Positions 8,268-16,234 of a DNA stretch of 16,234 nucleotides are shown here, piece by piece. The stretch covers positions 1 through 16,234 of the forward strand of contig NW_021825247.1 in assembly GCF_006345805.1 (NCBI RefSeq), in the 5' to 3' direction. Within the stretch, counting starts at the first letter, position 1. Each line of letters begins with the position of its first letter. The notes under the pieces are model-generated. The model had not been told where the DNA came from. It worked only from the letters and a program-made list of their open reading frames with translations, and made no database searches. Source of the stretch: Octopus sinensis (lineage: Eukaryota). Both the position numbers and the translations under genes were made by a program.

Positions 8268-8600
8268 ATGGTGATGATGGCGATAATGGTGGATGTGAAG
8301 GTGGTGATGGTGCTGGCGATAGGGACAGTAGTGGTGTCGGCAGTGAGGACGATGGTGGTGTTGTTGATGATGAAGATGATGGCTATGACGATGGTGGCGG
8401 TAGTGGTGGTGGTGGTGATGGGGTGATTGTGATGGTGATGGCAATGTTAGTGATTACAGAATCATAAAGAAGAAAAAAAGATGGAGGAGGAGGAGGAGGA
8501 AGAGAATGGGAAGAAGAAGAAGAAGAAGGAGAAGAAGAAGAAGAAGAAGTAGAAGAAGAAGAAGAATAACAACAACAACAACAACAACACAATGACGATG
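8268..8600. repeat. Mosaic of trinucleotide repeats (GAT/GGT, GGA, GAA, CAA)
   Basis: Direct reading; explains the poly-His and poly-Ser ORFs. Confidence 0.9.
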
Positions 8601-9174
8601 ACAAAATGAAACAAAAGAGTGTAGTCATTTCAAAAATGAAAAGAATAAGAAGAATACAGTTTAAAGAAAATGTTGTTTCATAACTCTGCCTTTCTGCATG
8701 TTTACAGCAGCAGTTTTATAAAAGAAATGCTATGCTGTGCCCTTGTTAAGCCTATTCTTCTAACAGTAATGGCTCCATAGGTAGCTTTTATGCAAAGAGC
8801 TCCAGAGAGCAAAACGGTGAGGGTAGAAAATATGGGAAAAAATGAAATTATTTTGAAAGAGAATTGAATGAAATGTTTAAATAATAATAATAATTAAATA
8901 ATTCAATGGAAATTTTCTTTGAAAAATTCATAGGAGACACAGATAAATTAATGTATACAAAATGAGAATAATCAAAAGCCAGACATGTGGATGTGTGTAT
9001 ATATATAAAGAGAGAGAAACACAAATATGCTTACACACAGACATAGAAACATGTATTTACACACTTCAGAATAAGTTCATCCGGTAGCAATATATATATA
9101 TATCTTCTGGTACTTTGCAGGTTTCCTGAAAGTAAGTCATTAATACCACATAGACAAGCATATAGAAAAGCATT

Positions 9175-9392
9175 TATGTATATACACACCTACACATACC
9201 CAAATACACACATACATACATTGTGTGTGTGCATATACATAGATACATACACACATTTACATATATATATATATATTATATATATATATATATATAATAT
9301 ATATATATATATATTATATATATATATATATATCTTATCTGTCTATACAAAAAATATGTGTGTATACACACACATACATATATACATTCATA
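9175..9392. repeat. (TA)n/(CA)n compound microsatellite
   Basis: Direct reading. Confidence 0.9.
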
Positions 9393-9439
9393 ATGACAAA
9401 CCATAAGCCTCATGAGAGCATGTCACTTTGCTAAATTAA

Positions 9440-9623
9440 TTTACAATTGTTTCATCTGAATTTGATTTCATCAATCTTACCATATTATGCAATAATACAT
9501 GACTATTGGCTATTATTGATTATATGTGTCATTTCCATGGTACTTGAAGAGTAATCTATAGTTGCATGTATTATTCCATGAGGTAAAATTGATGGCATTG
9601 CATTCAGATGAAACAATTGTAAA
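9440..9623. repeat. Long imperfect inverted repeat (~67-bp arms, ~50-nt loop)
   Basis: 9440-9461/9602-9623 22/22; 9470-9481/9582-9593 11/12; 9491-9501/9565-9575 11/11; 9502-9506/9558-9562 5/5. Confidence 0.88.
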
Positions 9624-10080
9624 CTGGTGGAATAAAAAGCTTGTCATTCCATTCTTCGTGTGTGTCATTTTTGTAAGACAATCAAAAAGTGGAAGAAAGA
9701 GCAAATAACAAGACTTGTTTAAATCGGATAGACATCAATTTGCCAGAAAGTGAGACATACACTTAGTTTCATGCCCTTCCGTGGATTTTCAGACATTTGC
9801 TTCACAGAACATGCAGTCTCCAGATTACTATCTTATCTGATAGCCAATACCTGTGGATGAGCCTAAACAAGGTCAACTCCAGGGTTAATACTTCATATTG
9901 GTCAGCCACATGCCACACGGTCCTGGGGCAGGAGGTAGTTCCCATCTTGTAGAGATGTGGAGTGACTGGATCACTCCATGGAAAGTTGCCTGGGACAACC
10001 TGAGAAAATATTGACAAAAGGTGGATGCAGCGATGCACTAGAAGGGTGCATGACCCCTAACCCAGATCTGACCTGAACAT

Positions 10081-10200
10081 GAAAACATCTCAGTCCATGG
10101 GAAAATATTACTTTGCTTGGAAACATCTCAGTCCATGACAGGAAAGGCATCCAGCCATAAGATATGTCTCAACAAATTCTGTCTGATCTATGCAACCATG
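10081..10200 (+). mobile_element. Retroelement 3' region, type B (RTE-like), tail lost; may extend upstream to ~9840
   Basis: GAAAACATCTCAGTCCATGGGAAAATATTACTTTGCTTGGAAAC aligns with 6639-6682; AGGAAAGGCATCCAGCC at 10140-10156. Confidence 0.65.
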
Positions 10201-10220
10201 TATGCATGTATACACATATA

Positions 10221-10448
10221 TATTTCTTTTCTACCCACAAGGGGCTAAACACAGAGGGGACAAACAAGGACAGACAAAGGGATTAAGTCGACTACATCGA
10301 CCCCAGTGCGTAACTGGTACTTAATTTATCGACCCCGAAAGGATGAAAGGCAAAGTCGACCTCGGCGGAATTTGAACTCGGAACGTAACGACAGACGAAA
10401 TATGGCTACGAATTTCGCCCGGCGTGCTAACGTTTCTACCAGCTCGCC
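10221..10448 (-). mobile_element. tRNA-derived SINE, family II, full length and young (CpGs intact)
   Basis: Minus strand starts GGCGAGCTGGTAGAA; B-box GAGTTCAAATTCC (10379-10367); central CTTTCATCCTTTCGGGGTCGATAAATTAAGTACCAG; A-rich end. Related copies at 11186-11547 and 16022-16203. Confidence 0.9.
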
Positions 10449-10778
10449 ACCTTGTATACACATATATGTATACACATATATGTGTCTACGTATCCTCACA
10501 GAATCCATTCAGAGATGAAAGAAAATACAGAAGCTTTAAAAACAAAAAAAAAAAAAAGACAAGTTCCAAGTAAAATCAACAGAAACTAAACGTAAGGGAG
10601 ACGATGTTAAGAGAAAATAACAAAAGACAAAGTCAATAATTGGCGAGGAAGGAAATAATTAGCTGATGAAATGAAGCTTAAATTGTGCAACAGACCATGA
10701 TATAGGGTATGTATAGGATACGTGATATGTGTATATAAATATATACAAATGTTTATAGATATGTGTGTGTATAGATAC

Positions 10779-10812
<34 letters not shown>

Positions 10813-10872
10813 AATAAATATAGATAGATAGATATGTATATTTATATGTGTATATCTAGCTAGCTATTTATC

Positions 10873-10875
<3 letters not shown>

Positions 10876-10910
<35 letters not shown>

Positions 10911-10935
10911 TGTGTGTGTCTGTGTGTGTGTGTGT

Positions 10936-10993
<58 letters not shown>
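10876..10993. repeat. (TG)n microsatellite with TC interruptions
   Basis: Direct reading. Confidence 0.95.
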
Positions 10994-10997
<4 letters not shown>

Positions 10998-11185
10998 GAA
11001 TTAACAGCTCTTTAGTGTTTATTGCGTTCTGACATTGTTCTATTGAAGTTGACAAGCCCTGACAGCTCACCTGTGCTCTTCAATAACTGGTTGGTGACAT
11101 TTATTGAACACTAAATATTGGCTTACAAACCCCAACACTGACACACACACACACATTCATATATATGTGTGTGTGTGTGTGCATG

Positions 11186-11547
11186 TGGCCAACTTTGTCT
11201 TCCATCCTTTTAGAGTCGATAGCCTCGGGCCGTTGCCAGCCTCGTCTGGCCCCCGTGCCAGTGGCACATAAAAAGCACCATCCAATCATGGCCGTTTTGC
11301 CAGCCTTGTCTGGCACCTGTGCAGGTGGCACGTAAAAAGCACCCACTACACTCACGGAGTGGTTGGCGTTAGGAAGGGCATCCAGCCGTAGAAACACTGC
11401 CAGATCAGACTGGGCCTGGCGCAGCCTCCTGGCTTCCTAGACCCCAATTGAACCGTCCAACCCATGCTAGCATGGAAAACGGACGTTAAACGATGATGAT
11501 GATGAAATTTGAGTACCAGTCAAATAGTAGAGCTGGTGTTATTGACC
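11186..11547 (+). mobile_element. Decayed SINE family II central domain split by a retroelement insertion (left 11186-11221, right 11505-11547)
   Basis: The left part matches the family II copy at 28/35, all transitions. The right part AAATTTGAGTACCAGT continues it after the insertion. Confidence 0.65.
11222..11504 (+). mobile_element. Retroelement 3' end, type A (RTE-like), nested in a SINE
   Basis: Two 64-bp internal units, AGGAAGGGCATCCAGCC (11371-11387) and a (GAT)4 tail. Confidence 0.82.
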
Positions 11548-11696
11548 AGACCTTCTCTATGCAACAGTGAATCTGGTGCCAAAATCTGAATCTGTTATTA
11601 GCTTTACATTTTGAGTTGCTTTTCTGTTGGGCTAAACTTAGCCTCCTCCTCATCATCATCATTATCATCACTATCACTATCATTATCTTCATCATT

Positions 11697-12722
11697 CTAG
11701 CAGCTACACTTTCAGCACACCCTCCCCTGTTACTGACTTGGTCATCTAGGTAACGGAAGCTATCAACTACTTCTAGTTTTTCTCCCTGGAAACTTCTCCC
11801 CTAGTTCTGATAGTGACTCAGCAATTAGAGCAAGGTTGTCAGCATAGAGGAGCTCCCAGGGGCATCCAGTTTTGAATTCCTCTGTTATTGCCTGAAGGAC
11901 TATGATAAATAGGAGGGAGCTGAGGACTGAACCTTGGTGGACCCCTGCCTCTACCCAGAATTCTTCACTGTACTCGTTGCCAACCCTCACCTTACTGATA
12001 GCATCCCTGTATGTGGCTTGCACAGTTCTCACTAACCATTCATCTATCCCTAATTTCCTCATTGACCACAAGATAAGTGATCGGGGGACCCTGTCAAAGT
12101 CTTTCTCCATGTCAACAAAAGCCAGGTACAGGGGCTTATCTTTGGCTAGGTATTTCTCCTGCAGCTGTCTTATCAGAAATATAGCATCAGTGATGCTTTT
12201 TCCTGGCACGAACCCAAACTGCATCTCATCTAAACTGATTCTCTCCCTAATTAGTTGGGCTATGACCCTCTACTGTGACCTTCATTATCTGATCCAACAA
12301 CTTGATACCACTGTAATTATTTATATCTAAAGCGTCACCTTAACCTTTGTAGCAATTGACTATGGTGCTGCTACACCAGTCATTGGGTTTGACACCTTCA
12401 TGTATCACCTGGTTAACTATACAGGTGACTAGGCTATAGCCAACACCACCAGATATTTTGAGCATCTCTGCAGTGATTCCTGATGGGCCAAGGGCTTTCC
12501 ATGTCTTCATACTCTTAATTGCTTTATCTACCAAGGTACTGTCAATTTGGATAGCTGGTCCCTCTGTTGGGTCGACATTCAGCAGACTCTCTTTCTCCCA
12601 TTCATTCTGTTTAATGAGCAACCTTTCATAGTGGCGTCTCCAAACCTCTCTCTTTGCAGCCTCGTTTAGTGCAAGTGAACCATCATCCATGCGGACAAAT
12701 TTCTCTCATACGACATCACGAT
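11697..12722 (-). pseudogene. RTE-clade LINE ORF2 fragment (reverse transcriptase), inactivated
   Basis: WRRHYERLL, GPSGITAEML, NDWCSSTIVNCYKG*GDAL, QFGFVPGKSITDAIF, AFVDMEKDFDRVPR, GVHQGSVLS, LLYADN (for YADD) and EVVDSFRYL. Stop at 12340-12342, 1-nt frameshift near 12272, internal deletion near 11790. Confidence 0.95.
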
Positions 12723-12740
12723 TCTATGATGATGATGTTT

Positions 12741-13100
12741 ATTATTATTGAGTGAGAGAGTAATGCATGCCATTAAGTGACCCTGAAGGATAAATATCAG
12801 AAGCCCAATATACCCAACATGACTACCCATCTGATAAGGGTATACCAGGCACATGCATCACAACCATATGTGCATGACACGGTGATCTCATATCAAGGTT
12901 AACAGGGCATGACTTTACAGGTGTTGCCCAGTTAGAATTTTCTTCAGGTTGAGTAGCCCATCCCACTCATAAGGTCCCTGAATAAGGGTTGTTTAGGGAT
13001 GTTGAATGAAACACCCATATTTCCAAAGAATCCCTCTCACCACATGGCTATGATGCTCCCCCACTACTTCTGCTTGTGATCAGCAATGCACATAACGTCA
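12741..13100 (-). mobile_element. Unclassified retroelement 3' end with (AAT)n tail
   Basis: Complex non-coding segment ending on the minus strand in CTCTCTCACTCAATAATAATAAA. It resembles a repeat I recall from octopus sequence, but there is no second copy in the window. Confidence 0.5.
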
Positions 13101-13209
13101 ACCGCCACCACCGCCACCACCACCACCACCACCACCATGATCATGATCATGATCATCATCATATGTTTCACTTCTCAGAGATCTTGCTTTCCCTTGCTCT
13201 GTCTAATGT

Positions 13210-13409
13210 TTTCGGAAACATTTTTTCACGCTCAGAGTTGCTGAAGCATGGAACAAACTGCCTGCATCAGTTGTTGACTGCCATGACACTGCATCCTTTA
13301 AGGCCCTCATGCTTTCCGAAATCCGCCGAAACTACACCTGATTATATATACACTTTAGATGAGTTGTAGTGCACCTGAGCACTGTACACAATTATTATTA
13401 TTATTATTC
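13210..13409 (+). mobile_element. CR1-type LINE 3' end (ORF2 C-terminus, short UTR, (TTA)n tail)
   Basis: 13210-13341 reads FRKHFFTLRVAEAWNKLPASVVDCHDTASFKALMLSEIRRNYT*, matching the CR1 motif R.HFF..RV...WN.LP..VV......FK. (TTA)6 at 13390-13408. Confidence 0.85.
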
Positions 13410-13598
13410 TATAAAAGCAGACAACAAGCTGCTTTCAACAGTCTCAGAGGTTCTTCTTCCACAATACTTAACATCCAAGAACCAATCTCAAAATCCTTGC
13501 TGTCCCCCAATAAAACAGTTTTCTCAGCATGTGTTACCCTCATGTCGATCCCAATTTCTCCAACAAATTTCTAAAAAACTTGGTTTGTTAACGCTCCC
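13410..13598 (-). mobile_element. R4/Dong-like (REL-type) non-LTR retrotransposon 3' end
   Basis: With one extra G in a G5 run the minus strand reads KFVGEIGIDMRVTHAEKTVLLG/TARILRLVLGC*, resembling the QK..LL.TARI.R..L C-terminus of R4/Dong elements. A short UTR runs into (AAT)n. Confidence 0.62.
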
Positions 13599-13604
13599 TG
13601 TAAT

Positions 13605-13710
13605 AGCAGTAGTAGTAGTGATAGTGGTGGTGGTGGTGGTGGTGGTGGTGGTGGTGGTGCTGATGACAATACTGGTGATATTGAATGGTGGTGGTGTTCT
13701 TAACAACACA

Positions 13711-13758
<48 letters not shown>
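13605..13758. repeat. (TAG)/(GGT)n and (CA)n microsatellites
   Basis: Direct reading. Confidence 0.92.
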
Positions 13759-13761
<3 letters not shown>

Positions 13762-14174
13762 TTCAACTTTAATACCGCAGGATCAACGTAACATATGTCA
13801 GGATATTGTTTCAGTGTTTTTAGTGAACCATGTGCGTGCGTGTACATGTATATGCGCGTGTGTAATATACTTTTCTGCATGTAACATGTTTATAGTGAGT
13901 GTATAACAATACAGTCCAATATGTTAGTACATGTAACAATAACAATATGCTGTGATGTGATCAATATGTAATGCACCTATGTGTGTGTTTGTATGCATAC
14001 ACACATATACATATACATGCATATACACATGTATGGTACGTACGTATGTATACACCTGTGCTTTGATATCAAATAAATAGACTGTCTGTCTATATATCAA
14101 TACATTTATCAATATTCTTATTGATATTCGTTCCTATTTCTTTGAATGTATCTGTGTATTCATCTAAACATCAT

Positions 14175-14264
14175 CTACCTGTCTGCCTGCCTACCTGTCT
14201 GCCTGCCTACCTGTCTGCCTGCCTACCTGTCTGCCTGCCTACCTGTCTGCCTGCCTACCTGTCT
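14175..14264. repeat. Perfect 16-bp tandem repeat (CTACCTGTCTGCCTGC) x5.6
   Basis: Units start at 14175, 14191, 14207, 14223, 14239 and 14255. Confidence 0.95.
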
Positions 14265-14341
14265 CTTTCTTTTCTCTCTTCTTTGTTGTGTGTGTGTGTG
14301 TGTGTGTGTAAGCATTTGTATGAATACTAGCATACACACAT

Positions 14342-14582
14342 ATCATCATCATCATCATCGTTTAACGTCCGTTTTCCATGCTAGCATGGGTTGGACGGTT
14401 TTGACTGTGGGCTGGCGAACCAGATGGCTGCACCAGGCTCCAGTCTTGATCTGGCAGAGTTTCTACAGCTGGATGCCCTTCCTAATGCAAACCACTCCGA
14501 GAGTGTAGTGGGTGCTTTTTACGTGCCAGGGGAGTCTGGCAGCGACCACAATCGCTTGGTGCTTTTTACGTGCCACCTGCAC
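14342..14582 (-). mobile_element. Retroelement 3' end, type A (RTE-like)
   Basis: Near-identical to 7718-7900 over the tail-proximal ~180 bp; small deletion in the first internal repeat unit. Confidence 0.82.
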
Positions 14583-14725
14583 ATATATATTCACATAATA
14601 TACAAAATACATATATACTACATATAGACAAGCACATATACCTACATATTTATACATACATACACACACACATATATGTAAATGTATATACTTATACAAG
14701 TATGTGTTATATATATATATATATA

Positions 14726-15120
14726 CTAGCAGTATCGCCCGGCGTTGCTCGGGTTGTAAGGGAAATAACTATATAAGCATTTTTAGAGAGTTATAGCCAA
14801 AAAATAGCAAAAAATGCATTAAAAATTAAAAAAAAATTAAGGTTAATTTTTTTTTTAAATCGTTGACACATCGTAGATATTTTTAGAGAGTTACTTCCCT
14901 TATATAAAAGCGAAAAAAAATGCATTAAAATGGAAAATATGATGGTAAATTTTTTTAAAATCGTAGACTCATCGTAGACACGCGCTAATACCCAGAAGGG
15001 CTCGATATGAATCACGACTATAAGAATACCCGCTTTTGGTTAAACTGCACCGCAAAATGTGGGAGTAGTTACGAATCTAAATCGTAGGAGACAGACCACA
15101 ACTTCACTCTTATATAAAGA
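14726..15120 (-). mobile_element. Non-autonomous Helitron, copy 3 (395 bp)
   Basis: Minus strand A|TCTTTATATAAG at 15121/15120; the same hairpin and CTAG|T at 14729-14725; ~100-bp internal duplication. Confidence 0.9.
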
Positions 15121-15169
15121 TGCTTTTTTTTTTCAGTCATAGAGTTAGATTTATGAAGGTCTTCAGTAA

Positions 15170-15530
15170 AATCCTTCGAATTCTGACTCGCTGCTTGATA
15201 TAATGAAATTCGTATCCATTTTTTGTCAGAATTACAAATTTTGAAAACACAATAGGAACAAATTTCGGAAAAAAAATCTCCCATATTCACGGAATTAAAA
15301 TTACACTTCGATTTTTGTACAAAACTGTATTTGAAGTGTTTTACGAAGTATAATACGTGTTTTCACGAATGTACTAAAGAGATTTACTCTGATATTCTCA
15401 TTTAAATATGAATAGGTAAATTCGGGCGGTTTGGTAACGAAAGGGTTTTATATAAGTGTCGTCTGTTTATACATAAACGCTGTTTCATACTTTCAGTTTA
15501 GTCTTCTTCAATCATCATTCTGTCGCTATT
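15170..15530. promoter_or_regulatory. CpG-enriched segment, possible promoter (alternatively the interior of a young transposon)
   Basis: Manual count of about 15 CpG versus 6 GpC in 15121-15540, against 1 CpG in 8641-9060. GGGCGG at 15424-15429 and TATATAAG at 15449-15456. Confidence 0.3.
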
Positions 15531-16021
15531 TACTCTCTTCCCAAGAACATTTCATCACTCAATCTTATCTGTTAGCTTGCCATACATTTTCCATGTATCT
15601 ATCAGCGTGATAGACAGAAACAAATATTACATCTAGTTTCACTTTATTCGTTGCACACTGTGTGTGTGCGTTTGCGTGTGCTGTAACCAGACTAAGAAAA
15701 GCATTTGACATACACACCAGAATGTGAGTTTTCTGTAAATTTTGCTTAATTGGAGTTTAAATTTTAAAAACTGGACCTGGCATGACCCGATGCATTCTAC
15801 TCTTACTCTAAAATGCTAGGTAAATGTAATTGAAGAAATCCTATATTGTAGATTTCTATGATGTTACAAAGGGAGGCAGATAAAATCTGCCTTTTATATA
15901 AGATAATATATATATATATATATTATATATATAATATATACACATATGTATATATACATATGTATATATATATATGTATGTATGAAGAAATACATACAAA
16001 GATAATATTGTGTATGTGTGA

Positions 16022-16203
16022 GTAGCAGCATTTTGTCGATCCTTACATTCTGAGTTCAAATTCTGCCATGGTCAACTTTATTTTTCATCCTTTCAGGGTT
16101 GATAACTTAAGTACCAGTGAAACCCTGGGGTTGATGTAATCGATTAGTCCCCTCCCCTAAAATTTCAGGCCTTGTGCCAATAGTAGAAAGGATTGTTATT
16201 ATC
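16022..16203 (+). mobile_element. tRNA-derived SINE, family II-related, 5'-truncated, different 3' tail
   Basis: B-box GAGTTCAAATTC at 16052-16063 and a central domain shared with 10221-10448, with CpG decay. The 3' part (CCCCTAAAATTTCAGGCCTTGTGCC) differs. Confidence 0.82.
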
Positions 16204-16234
16204 ATTGTGTAGATGTGTAGATGTGTTGTGGTGT

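Noticed and set aside
9513-9704. 63-aa minus-strand ORF and donor ATG|GTAAGA at 9481/9480
   Set aside because: All frames hit stops before the donor; the sequence is better explained as the inverted repeat.
10502-10591. Purine-rich 90-nt segment between CTCACAG| and |GTAAGG
   Set aside because: All three frames stop within the 90 nt and it spans an A14 run; insufficient support without RNA data.
11902-12330. 142-aa plus-strand ORF
   Set aside because: Antisense shadow of the RTE reverse transcriptase.
11694-12727. ATTCTA direct repeat flanking the RTE fragment as a TSD
   Set aside because: Both copies can be read as part of the ORF2 frame (AAR at one end, the codons before RDVV at the other), so it is not a reliable TSD.

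Overview
AT-rich, non-coding eukaryotic DNA made almost entirely of repeats. The SINE, RTE-tail and microsatellite repertoire suggests an octopus/cephalopod genome; this is recognition from memory, not a database result. No intact protein-coding gene is supported, and the long ORFs in the track are microsatellite translations or decayed retrotransposon ORF2 pieces. The window holds LINE remnants of several clades (CR1/L2-group, CR1, RTE, R4/Dong-like, Penelope-like), two tRNA-type SINE families, three copies of one non-autonomous Helitron (TC...hairpin-CTAG, A^T target), a 0.9-kb G-rich minisatellite and many microsatellites. The most interesting observations are a head-to-tail pair of non-identical Helitrons explicable by re-use of the A^T target, a 213-bp filler inside one Helitron, a degenerate minimal hammerhead-ribozyme motif in a Penelope-like fragment, a 3' end shared by a SINE and a LINE, two long imperfect palindromes in otherwise unique DNA, and a CpG-rich segment near 15.1-15.5 kb.
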